Assembly: GCA_950097015.1 (NCBI GenBank)
Contig: CATNEN010000029.1
Coordinates: forward strand, 7,564,001-7,628,000
From: Macrostomum hystrix
Lineage: Eukaryota > Animalia > Platyhelminthes
Length of the DNA stretch: 64,000 bases
Reading direction: 5' to 3'
Shown piece by piece: positions 25,887-37,354 of the stretch (the stretch's first letter is position 1; every line of letters begins with the position of its first letter). The notes under the pieces were generated by a model that made no database searches, was not told the origin of the DNA, and saw only the letters and a program-made list of their open reading frames with translations. A program made the position numbers and the translations under genes.

Positions 25887-28138
25887 ATGGCTTGGCGAGA
25901 TTACGGCGAGGAGATTCGCTGGCTAGTCCGCACCGGGGCGCCCATCTCGGTCACTCAGCTGTTCTATTCGCTGGTCATGCCTACCACCTTGGCCTTCTGC
26001 GGCTACCTGGGCAAGGAGCAGCTGGACTCGGCCGGCCTTGCAATCTCCATCTTCCAGCTGAGCGTGGCCAACTTCGCTAGCGCAGTTCGCTGGGGCATCA
26101 TGCCGTTCCTGGCGCACACCATGGCCGGCAGCAAGCCCGGTCGGGTCGGCATCTTTGTCCAGCGCGGCCTGCTGGCCTCCGTGCTGCTGGCCTTCTTCAG
26201 CTGGACTCTGGCCTGCAACTCGGCCAATCTGCTAATCGTCACCGGCCAGGATCCGGCCATTGCGGCTGACACAGAGCTCTACTTTCTGCTGCTGAGCCCT
26301 GGCTGTCTGGGCATCATCGTCTTCAGGGCGTTGGTGGCCTACACAGACACCTTGGGCAGGCTCTGGCCCACATTTGTAGTACACGTGCTCGGCTTCCTGG
26401 TCAACCTGCTGCTGCAGTACATCCTGGTGTTGCACACGGACCTGGGACTGGCCGGCTCCGCCATCGCCCTGTCCACCACGCTGGTGCTGCTGGCGCTCTT
26501 TCAGGCACTCTTCATCTGGAGGCTGCGCCTTTACCGGGGCACGTGGACCGGCTGGTCGCCGAGAGCCTTCCTTGGCTGGCGTCGATTCTTCGGCGCGATG
26601 CTGCCGGCCATCGGCACGCAGACGCTGTGGATATTCGGCACCGAGGTGGGCAACTTTCTGGCCGGCCTGCTGGGCAAGTCGGAAATCGCCGCCGAGTCGC
26701 TGCTGTTTCAAATTAACTTTCTGGCCTTCCTGCTGCCTGTGGGCTTTGGCAGCGCCGTTATTGCGCGGGTTGGCGCTTATCTCAGGTTTGTGGCGGTACT
26801 TCAAAGAGAAATCGGGGTAGCAGTACTTCAAAGAGAAATTAGGGTAGCGGCACTTCAAAGTGAAATTAGGGTAGCGGCACTTCAAAGATAAATTGGGGTA
26901 GCGGCACTTCAAAGAAAATTGGGGTAGCGGCACTTCAAAGAAAATTGGGGTAGCGGCACTTCAAAGAGAAATTAGGGTAGCGGCACTTCAAAGATAAATT
27001 TTGGTAGTGGTCCTTTAAAGAGAAGATAGCCGCCTTGCGAACGTAGCGCACGAGATAAAACCCAGAAGTACATCCAACACCAGCCGGCAGGAGCCTGATC
27101 GAGCTAAGCGAGCATTCCGCGCCAGCCTGCTGTTCATGTCGGCTACCGGCCTGCTGGTTGGCGGCCTCTTTATGGCGCTGCGCTTCGAAATTCCCAAACT
27201 GTACTCGCTGGATGCCGAGTCAACCAGCCTGTTCGTGAGCCTCATGCCCTACCTGGCCGTGTACACCACGCTGCAGCTCATCGCCTATCCTTGTATAGCC
27301 GCCCTGCGAGCCTGCAATCACCACGTAGTTGCCATGGTGATCAACTTTGTCGCCTATTATCTGGTGAGCGAGTTGTTAAATCAGTTACAGCTGAATGATT
27401 GCGGCTTCCAAACGGATCTTGTATGGGTGTTTGAAGCCAGGTGGTTAGAGCTTCGGAATTTTGATAGAAAGGTCAGGAGTTCGAATCACGTTTTTTGGGT
27501 CGGGATCACAACACCGCGAGAATCCAATATTCTTCAGGATCCCTGTATCTCAATGAATGAATAAAAATGCAGGCAGTGGGTATTTGAAACACCCCGTGGA
27601 TTTTCCCCAGGGGAAAATAGCCCCAAAATGGTCTTTCTATTGTTAACAAGTGCCAGTCTCGCTATCGCCATTTTCGCAGGTCAGCTTACCCCTGGGCGTC
27701 TCCCTGACCTTCGCCGCTGGCTGGGGCCTCCGCGGCCTCTGGGTCGGCTTCGTGGCCGCCTCCACGAGCTTCCTGCTGCTGCTGCTGCTGGCCATGCTGC
27801 GGGCCGACTGGCGCAGGCGATCAAATCTGGCTCACGCCGACGCTGAATTCGAGACCGACGCTGAGGCTCCACTGGCTACTGGCGAGAGGACGCCGCTGCT
27901 GATGGCGGAGGAGGACGACGCGGAGCAGCAGCAGCAGCAGCAGCAGCAGGCGAGAGGCCACGCAACAGCTGCCTGGTGGCCAGCAGTTCGTGGCAAGCTG
28001 CCAGTCCTGGGAGCCGCCCTACTGGCACTGTTGGCGTCGGTGACAATCCGGCTGGCGGTGCCGCCGATAATTCCGCTCTACCCAGTGACAAACTCTAGTC
28101 TGCCAATCTGGAATGCCACAATGAATCATTGGAGCTAG
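25887..28138 (+). CDS. SLC47A: MATE family (SLC47) transporter; exons 25887-26785, 27084-27363, 27680-28138 (about 545 aa)
   Basis: Contains FCGYLGKEQLD, VQRGLL, the spliced RVGAYL-S-RQEPDRAKRA and YYL|VSLPLG..GLRGLWVG. All junctions are GT-AG and phase-consistent. Has an extra C-terminal TM helix as in animal MATEs. Confidence 0.9.
26790..27010. repeat. 27-bp minisatellite (gggtagcggcacttcaaagagaaatta) filling MATE intron 1
   Basis: Direct inspection; starts within a few nt of the donor. Confidence 0.9.
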
Positions 28139-28374
28139 GCAGCGATTTGGAATCAACTATTGAAATCATCTTTGATTGTTGCCGAGAAGGTGTGTGTGAT
28201 GCGTCTGCAGGAGCATTTTTCAGTTCTGGCGACCCATCGGTGATGGCATTTTGCTGCAACTACTTTTGGCTACGTAACATTTGCAAGCTATTCAGACTCA
28301 GGCTACAAATGTTCAGGCTACAAATGTCTCAAATCTGATACACACGGTTCAAATCGGCTGTTAGAAAGCGCAAA

Positions 28375-28925
28375 AACCTGCTAGACACGGTGCAAACCTG
28401 TTAGACATGTTGTGAAACAGTTAGACACGGTGCAAACCTTTAACACGTGTTAAAACCTGTTAGACACGGTGTAAACCAGTTCTAGACAGTGCAAACCTGT
28501 AAGACACGGTGCAAACCTGTTAGACACGGTGCAAACCTGTTAGACACGGTGCAAACCTGTTAGACACGGTGTAAACCAGTTCTAGACAGTGCAAACCTGT
28601 TAGACACGGTGCAAACCTGTTAGACACGGTGCAAACCTGTTAGACACGGTGCAAACCTGTTAGACACGGTGCAAACCTGTTAGACACGGTGCAAACCTGT
28701 TAGACACGGTGCAAACCTGTTAGACACGGTGCAAACCTGTTAGACACGGTGCAAACCAGTTCTAGACGGTGCAAACCTGTTAGACACGGTGCAAACCTGT
28801 TAGACACGGTGCAAACCTGTTAGACACGGTGCAAACCTGTTAGACACGGTGCAAACCTGTTAGACACATTGCAAACCAGTTCTAGACGGTGCAAACCTGT
28901 TACACACGTCGTAAACCTGTTAGAG
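28375..28925. repeat. 20-bp minisatellite (tgttagacacggtgcaaacc)
   Basis: Direct inspection. Confidence 0.95.
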
Positions 28926-29321
28926 AAAAAGCCGAGCTTGTACCAGCACTCATGTGTTTTATGATTTGTGAAGCTTACTTCGACAGTCTAAAAGTGCATT
29001 GCTTTCAATCTTGAATATACCGCAAATCTATAGTGCGATTGTTACTTTTGAACACTGTTTACAATGTGCACTCTTGCTTTCGTTTTCAGACTGTTAAAAT
29101 AAATGCTAAATATTGCTTACACATCATTTGCTAATGTAAACGCAGAACATACATTATTATCGATTAAAAATGTAATAAATAGAAAATCGTAGCATACTAC
29201 TGCTAGTAAAATTAGTACGCAGTAAAGAAAATTCTAAGGAAATTCCCAGCAATTCGTTTATGCCTACCAATATCCCACTTTCCGAACTTCAAAAACCACC
29301 TTTCAACTTCAACTCCCCATT

Positions 29322-29695
29322 CCACCTCTCAGTGTCCCTACCTCCCTCTCCACCTCTGACTCTCCCACTCCACCTCTCAGTGTCCCTACCTCCCTCTCCA
29401 CCTCTGACTCTCCCACTCCACCTCTCAGTGTCCCACTCCACCTCTCACTCTCGCACTCCACCTCTCAGTGTCCCACTCCACCTCTCACTCTCGCACTCCA
29501 CCTCTCACTCTCGCACTCCACCTCTCACTCTTGCACTCCACCTCTCACTCTCCCACTCCACCTCTCACTCTCCCACTCCACCTCTCACTCTTGCACTCCA
29601 CCTCTCACTCTCCCACTCCACCTCTCACTCTCCCACTCCACCTCTCACTCTCCCACTCCACCTCTCACTCTCGCACTCCACCTCTCACTGTCCCA
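29322..29695. repeat. 20-bp pyrimidine-rich minisatellite (cctctcactctcccactcca)
   Basis: Direct inspection. Confidence 0.93.
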
Positions 29696-30089
29696 CTCTT
29701 AGCCCTCCACTGGTGCTGTGGTTCTATAATTTTCAATTAGTTTTTCTGATTCTTTGACGGCTTGAAATTTCTGCCCGCCCGGGCAGCCAGCTGCCATTGC
29801 ACAGCTGGCCTGTCAGCCTCCTAAAACTGCCCGACTGCCGAATTTAGTCCGGGAAACAGAAAACTGTCACCTGGTGCTTTGATCCCCTATTTCGAACAGT
29901 GCGAACATGGGCTAAAACAGCACTTGAATATTTTCCTAAAGCCCACAGGCTTCAACTAATGCATTTTGCCTGTTCGAGCAGATTTATAACGTCGACACCA
30001 TCGATTGAAGATCGACAATGCATTCGATTCCTGGTGCTGGTGCCTTCCTTGGGTAACACCTTTAGCCTCATTACCAAACCCGAGCTCCC

Positions 30090-31720
30090 TTCTACTCTCC
30101 CTCTACCACTCACAGTCAGTCACTCTCAGTCTCTCACTCTCCCTTTCACTCTCAGTCTCTCACTCTCCCTTTCACTCTCAGTCTCTCACTCTCACTTTCA
30201 CTCTCAGTCTCTCACTCTCCTTTCACTCTCAGTCTCTCACTCTCCCTTTCAGTCTCAGTCTCTCACTCTCCCTTTCACTCTCAGTCTCTCACTCTCCCTT
30301 TCACTCTCAGTCTCTCACTCTCCTTTCACTCTCAGTCTCTCACTCTCCCTTTCACTCTCAGTCCCTCACTCTCCCTTTCACTCTCAGTCTCTCACTCTCC
30401 CTTTCACTCTCAGTCTCTCACTCTCCCTTTCACTCTCAGTCTCTCACTCTCCCTTTCACTCTCAGTCTCTCACTCTCCTTTCACTCTCAGTCTCTCACTC
30501 TCCCTTTCACTCTCAGTCTCTCACTCTCACTCTCACTCTCAGTCTCTCACTCTCCTTTCACTCTCAGTCTCTCACTCTCCCTTTCACTCTCAGTCTCTCA
30601 CTCTCACTTTCACTCTCAGTCTCTCACTCTCCCTTTCACTCTCAGTCTCTCACTCTCCCTTTCACTCTCAGTCTCTCACTCTCACTTTCACTCTCAGTCT
30701 CTCACTCTCCCTTTCAGTCTCAGTCTCTCACTCTCCCTTTCACTCTCAGTCTCTCACTCTCACTTTCAGTCTCAGTCTCTCACTCTCCCTTTCACTCGCA
30801 GTCTCTTACTCTCACTTTCACTATCTCAGTCTCAGTCTCTCACTCTCCCTTTCACTCTCAGTCTCTCACTCTCCCTTTCACTCTCAGTCTCTCACTCTCC
30901 CTTTCACTCTCAGTCTCTCACTCTCACTTTCAGTCTCAGTCTCTCACTCTCCCTTTCACTCTCAGTCTCTCACTCTCCCTTTCACTCTCAGTCTCTCACT
31001 CTCCCTTTCACTCTCAGTCTCTCACTCTCACTCTCAGTCTCTCACTCTCCCTTTCACTCTCAGTCTCTCACTCTCACTTTCACTCGCAGTCTCTCACTCT
31101 CAGTTTCACTCGCAGTCTCTCACTCTCACTTTCACTCTCAGTCTCTCACTCTCCCTTTCACTCTCAGTCTCTCACTCTCCCTTTCACTCTCAGTCTCTCA
31201 CTCTCCCTTTCACTCTCAGTCTCTCACTCTCACTCTCAGTCTCTCACTCTCCCTTTCACTCTCAGTCTCTCACTCTCCCTTTCACTCTCAGTCTCTCACT
31301 CTCACTCTCAGTCTCTCACTCTCCCTTTCACTCTCAGTCTCTCACTCTCCCTTTCACTCTCAGTCTCTCACTCTCACTCTCAGTCTCTCACTCTCCCTTT
31401 CACTCTCAGTCTCTCACTCTCCCTTTCACTCTCAGTCTCTCACTCTCACTCTCAGTCTCTCACTCTCCCTTTCACTCTCAGTCTCTCACTCTCACTTTCA
31501 CTCGCAGTCTCTCACTCTCAGTTTCACTATCTCAGTCTCAGTCTCTCACTCTCCCTTCCATTCTCAGTCTCACTCTCCCACTATCACTATCACTCTCACT
31601 ATCACTATCACTCTCCTCTCACTCTCACTTTCACTCCTAATCTCTCACTCACTCTTACTCTCTAAATCAAACTCTCACTCACTCACATTCACTGTCTCAC
31701 TGTCTCACACACACTCTCTC
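30090..31720. repeat. 26-bp pyrimidine-rich minisatellite (ctctccctttcactctcagtctctca)
   Basis: Direct inspection. Confidence 0.95.
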
Positions 31721-32249
31721 TCTCTCCTATTCACCTACTATCAGCCTCTAACCCTCTGCTTTTCACTTCCACTCTCTCAGTCTCGCAATCTCACAATCAG
31801 TCTGCCATTCCCATCACGTCCTGTTTCTATTCCATACAGGCCGTCTATCCGGCGTATCTATCGTCCCCGCAGGCACTACAGACCTCATGAAGCTGTGGAG
31901 CTGACAGATTTTCAAATGCAGGTACAAGTGAAGGGGAAATCCTTAGATTCCAGGTAAGATTCCTTAGATTAGATTGCAGGTAAAAAGCAGGTGTGGGCTG
32001 AAAGTTGCACAATGGGATGATGGACAGAACTATACAAGCGTATATGCCGTAGAACAAAATCCCTTAGCGAAGCTTAATGATAGGCCAAATACAGAGGCCA
32101 TAAGGATATCTACATTAAACATATTCTTAGTGATGAAATAGAAATTATTGAACTGTTGCAGCGACACGAATTAAGAAATCCCATAGTCCTACTTTTAAAC
32201 TACCATCCACAATTAAAAAATCCCATCCTCTTTATTTTGAAATCCCATT

Positions 32250-33640
32250 ATCTCACTTTCCCAATCCCATCTTCTCACTCTCCCATTCCCATCCTCTCAC
32301 TCTCTCATTCCCATCCTCTCACTCTCCCATTCCCATCCTCTCACTCTCCCATTCCCATCTTCTCACTCTCCCATTCCCATCCTCTCACTCTCTCATTCCC
32401 ATCCTCTCACTCTCCCATTCCCATCCTCTCACTCTCCCATTCCCATCCTCTCACTCTCCCATTCCCATCCTCTCACTCTCCCATTCCCATCCTCTCACTC
32501 TCCCATTCCCATCTTCTCACTCTCCCATTCCCATCCTCTCACTCTCTCATTCCCATCCTCTCACTCTCCCATTCCCATCCTCTCACTCTCCCATTCCCAT
32601 CCTCTCACCCTCTCATTCCCATCCTCTCACTCTCCCATTCCCATCCTCTCACTCTCCCATTCCCATCTTCTCACTCTCCCATTCCCATCCTCTCACTCTC
32701 TCATTCCCATCCTCTCACTCTCCCATTCCCATCCTCTCACTATCCCATTCCCATCCTCTCACTCTCCCATTCCCATCTTCTCACTCTCCCATTCCCATCC
32801 TCTCACTCTCCCATTCCCATCCTCTCACTCTCTCATTCCCATCCTCTCACTCTCCCATTCCCATCTTCTCACTCTCCCATTCCCATCTTCTCACTCTCCC
32901 ATTCCCATCTTCTCACTCTCTCATTCCCATCCTCTCACTCTCCCATTCCCATCCTCTCACTCTCCCATTCCCATCTTCTCACTCTCCCATTCCCATCCTT
33001 TCACTCTCTCATTCCCATCTTCTCACTCTCCCATTCCCATCCTCTCACTCTCTCATTCCCATCCTCTCACTCTCCCATTCCCATCCTCTCACTCTCTCAT
33101 TCCCATCTTCTCACTCTCCCATTCCCATCTTCTCACTCTCCCCATTCCCATCCTCTCACTCTCTCATTCCCATCTTCTCACTCTCCCATTCCCATCCTCT
33201 CACTCTCCCATTCCCATCTTCTCACTCTCCCATTCCCATCTTCTCACTCTCCCATTCCCATCTTCTCACTCTCCCATTCCCATCTTCTCGCTCTCCCATT
33301 CCCATCCTCTCACTCTCTCATTCCCATCCTCTCACTCTCCCATTCCCATCCTCTCACTCTCCCATTCCCATCCTCTCACTCTCCCATTCCCATCTTCTCA
33401 CTCTTCCATTCCCATCTTCTCACTCTCCCATTCCCATCCTCTCACTCTCCCATTCCCATCTTCTCACTCTCCCATTCCCATCCTCTCACTCTCCCATTCC
33501 CATCCTCTCACTCTCCCATTCCCATCTTCTCACTCTCCCATTCCCATCTTCTCACTCTCCCATTCCCATCTTCTCACTCTCCCATTCCCATCCTCTCACT
33601 CTCTCATTCCCATCCTCTCACTCTCCCATTCCCATCCTCT
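32250..33640. repeat. 22-bp pyrimidine-rich minisatellite (cccattcccatcctctcactct)
   Basis: Direct inspection; about 63 units. Confidence 0.95.
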
Positions 33641-33879
33641 GGCTTGGGCAAAATACTTTACTGATAAGAATCGCAGACGTTGCAGTTTTAAAACGCAGTC
33701 AGCCAATAATAGAGTTACTGACAATAGTCCAGTTGGCCAGAGCCAATGGCAGTTTATATGGCTTTATGCTGGCAGCCACGCTTTACAAAGCGTAACCTAT
33801 TTTTACAGCAAATCTGGGAGTTTATAACAACTGCCTGTTTCAATTAGTGCTGACACTTTTCAATTATACTCGGCTGCAG

Positions 33880-33921
33880 GCACCCGATATGAGGCCGACT
33901 GATGGAAACAGCGCTTCAGAG
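33880..33921 (+). other. Candidate 42-nt exon (5'UTR or coding) between satellite blocks
   Basis: Branch-like gctgac, acceptor ctgcag|, strong donor gag|gtaaga. Confidence 0.4.
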
Positions 33922-33989
33922 GTAAGAAATCTGATAGTTATGATATTGATCTGAAATTAGAGAACTTTTTCTACCTTCGTTGACTTTAG

Positions 33990-36142
33990 AACGGAGGGGT
34001 AAGAACGGAGGGGAGAGAAGGGAAGGGAGAGAAGGGAGAGAAGAGAACGGAGGGGAGAGAAGGAGGGAAGAGAACGGAGGGGAGAGATAGGAGGGGAGAG
34101 AAGGGAAGGGAGAGAAGGTAGGGGAGAGAACGGAGGGGAGAGAACGGAGGGGAGAGAACGGAGGGGAGAGAATGGAGGGGTGAGAACGGAGGGGAGAGAA
34201 AGGACGGGAGAGAACGGAGGGGAAAGAACGGAGGGGTTAGAACGGAGGGGAGAGAAGGGAAGGGAGAGAAGGGAGGGAAGAGAACGGAGGGGAGAGAACG
34301 GAGGGGAGAGAACGGAGGGGAGAGAAGGGAAGGGAGAGAAGGTAGGGGAGAGAACGGAGGGGAGAGAAGGGAGGGGAGAGAAGGGAGGGGAGAGAACGGA
34401 GGGGAGAGAAGGGAGGGGAGAGAACGGAGGGGAGAGATGGGAGGGGAGAGAAGGTAGGGGAGAGAACGGAGGGGAGAGAACGGAGGGGAGAGAAGAAAGG
34501 GGAGAGAACGGAGGGGAGAGAAGGGAAGGGAGAGAAGGTAGGGGAGAGAACGGAGGGGAGAGAAAGGACGGGAGAGAACGGAGGGGAAAGAACGGAGGGG
34601 TTAGAACGGAGGGGAGAGAAGGGAGGGGAGAGAATGGAGGGGAGAGAACGGAGGGGAGAGAACGGAGGGGAAAGAACGTAGGGGAGAGAAGGGAAGGGAG
34701 AGAAGGTAGGGGAGAGAACGGAGGGGAGAGAATGGAGGGGAGAGAAGGGAAGGGAGAGAAGGGAGGGAAGAGAACGGAGGGGAGAGAACGGAGGGGAGAG
34801 AAGGGAAGGGAGAGAAGGTAGGGGAGAGAACGGAGGGGAGAGAATGGAGGGGTGAGAACGGAGGGGAGAGAAGGGAGGGGAGAGAATGGAGGGGAGAGAA
34901 CGGAGGGGAGAGAATGGAGTGGTGAGAACGGAGGGGAGAGAACGGAGGGGAGAGAATGGAGGGGTGAGAACGGAGGGGAGAGAAAGGACGGGAGAGAACG
35001 GAGGGGAAAGAACGGAGGGGTTAGAACGGAGGGGAGAGAAGGGAAGGGAGAAAAGGTAGGGGAGAGAACGGAGGGGAAAGAATGGAGTGGTGAGAACGGA
35101 GGGGAGAGAACGGAGGGGAGAGAATGGAGGGGTTAGAACGGAGTGGTGAGAACGGAGGGGAGAGAACGGAGGGGTAAGATCGGAGGGGAGAGAAGGGAAG
35201 AGAGAGAAGGGAGGGGAGAGAAGAAACGGGAGAGAACGGAGGGGAGAGAATGGAGGGGAGAGAACGGAGGGGAGAGAACGGAGGGGAGAGAACGTAGGGG
35301 AGAGAAGGGAAGGGAGAGAAGGGAGGGAAGAGAACGGAGGGGAGAGATAGGAGGGGAGAGATAGGAGGGGAGAGAACGGAGGGGAGAGAATGGAGTGGTG
35401 AGAACGGAGGGGAGAGAATGGAAGGGAGAGAATGGAGGGGAGAGAACGGAGTGGTGAGAACGGAGGGGAGAGAAGAAAGGGGAGAGAATGGAGGGGAGAG
35501 AACGGAGGGGAGAGAACGGAGGGGAGAGAACGGAGGGGAGAGAACGGATGGGAGAGAACGGATGGGAGAGAAAGGACGGGAGAGAACGGAGAGGAGAGAA
35601 TGGAGGGGAGAGAACGGAGGGGAGAGAACGGAGGGGAGAGAACGGAGGGGAGAGAAGGGAGGGAAGAGAACGGAGGGGAGAGATAGGAGGGGAGAGATAG
35701 GAGGGGAGAGAAGGTAGGGGAGAGAACGGAGGGGAGAGAATGGAGTGGTGAGAACGGAGGGGAGAGAATGGAAGGGAGAGAATGGAGGGGAGAGAATGGA
35801 GTGGTGAGAACGGAGAGGAGAGAACGGAGGGGAGAGAATGGAGGGGAGAGAACGGAGTGGTGAGAACGGAGGGGAGAGAACGGAGGGGAGAGAACGGATG
35901 GGAGAGAACGGATGGGAGAGAAAGGACGGGAGAGAACGGAGAGGAGAGAATGGAGGGGAGAGAACGGAGGGGAGAGAACGGAGGGGAGAGAACGGAGGGG
36001 AGAGAAGGGAAGGGAGAGAACGGAGGGGAGAGAAAGGACGGGAGAGAACGGAGAGGAGAGAATGGAAGGGAGAGAACGGAGGGGAGAGAACGGAGGGGAG
36101 AGAACGGAGGGGAGAGAAGGGAAGGGAGAGAACGGAGGGGAG
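33990..36142. repeat. 15-bp purine-rich minisatellite (acggaggggagagaa)
   Basis: Direct inspection. Confidence 0.95.
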
Positions 36143-36904
36143 ATCTAGACAAACATGCAGTCATAGCAAGTGAATCGAGCGTGTCGAAGAATAAAATTGG
36201 AAAGGATTTGTCTAAACAAAATCAGTTTCCGTGGAAAAAGAAGTTTACGCAAGGTAGTGAATGGAACTAAGACTGAAAGGTTGAAAGGTAAAATCCCGAG
36301 AAAAAATGTGCCAATGCAGAAAAGAAATGAATTATTGGCAGAGAAACTATTTGTCACCCTGTGACTGAAACCAAATCTGCTTGTGACGTAAATATTAGCA
36401 ATATCGTTAATAAACTGTGCCGTTAGACCTGTCAGCACTGCGCGATTCTGTTTCATTCATTTTTTTGTTCTTTCATCGCACTATTAGGTGCAGCAAGCAG
36501 CGATAGTCACGGCAAAGTCCACGCGCAGGCCTATTGATCGTTCTACTCTCAGCCTCTATTCAGCCAAAGCGTGTCTCCACTTTAAATTTTCTCTTCTTTA
36601 GCTGTGCCAAAAGCGAGGCGGCACTTTCCCGTTTATGCTTTGTTGAACTGAGCTGAATGCAACATCCTTTATTATAGTCTCAGTAGCTAAGACCTCTTCC
36701 ACTTCATTTTCCACTCTCTCCCCAACAACCATTCATCATGCTGCCTCACTCAATTCAACACTGCGCAAAACAGAAAGTTGCCGACAGCTCTTGGTCGGCT
36801 TAAACTTTTGCTTTTGCTTTCATTGTTCAGCTACCGTCGCTTTTAAATCGATGAAAGATATTGGGAGAGATTTAAAGTAATGCGAGATTAAAAAGAGACA
36901 GTTG

Positions 36905-37022
36905 AGAGATGAGAGGAGAGACTGGAGAGATGAGAGGAGAGACTGGAGAGATGAAAGGAGAGACTGGAGAGATGAGAGGAGAGACTGGAGAGATGAGAGG
37001 AGAGACTGGAGAGATGAGAGGA
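36905..37022. repeat. 21-bp purine-rich repeat (gagatgagaggagagactgga)
   Basis: Direct inspection. Confidence 0.9.
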
Positions 37023-37032
37023 CAGTGGAGAT

Positions 37033-37056
37033 ATGGATCCAGGAGTCCCTGCTGCG
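37033..37056 (+). CDS. Candidate first coding segment of HS3ST (MDPGVPAA)
   Basis: ATG at 37033 and a strong phase-0 donor gcg|gtgagt at 37057, matching the phase-0 acceptor at 42475. No transcript evidence. Confidence 0.35.
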
Positions 37057-37354
37057 GTGAGTTTTTACCCTTTCACTCGCAGTAGCTACTAGTGCAGTAA
37101 AAGTTTATTGGCTGATGTGAAGGACTTGGCCAGAGCTATTAGTCAGAGGCAATAATGTGCGATCCAATTAGGGCTCGAGTTTCTAAGCTGGCGAAGGCGT
37201 CAAACCGGCACGCTTGGATAATTTTGCCGAAAAATTCCAGACTGAAATGGCAGCAATGCAGCAGCAGTCAACAAGCAGTTGGCTTTAAAAAAGCCCAGAC
37301 AGCATGCTACAGCATGACACTCAACAGTCAAGGGCACTGAGGTGCAAGGAATGA

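Noticed and set aside
31845-32057. CSACGD motif resembling a nuclear-receptor zinc finger
   Set aside because: A stop follows within a few codons and no further cysteines or splice donor continue the finger.
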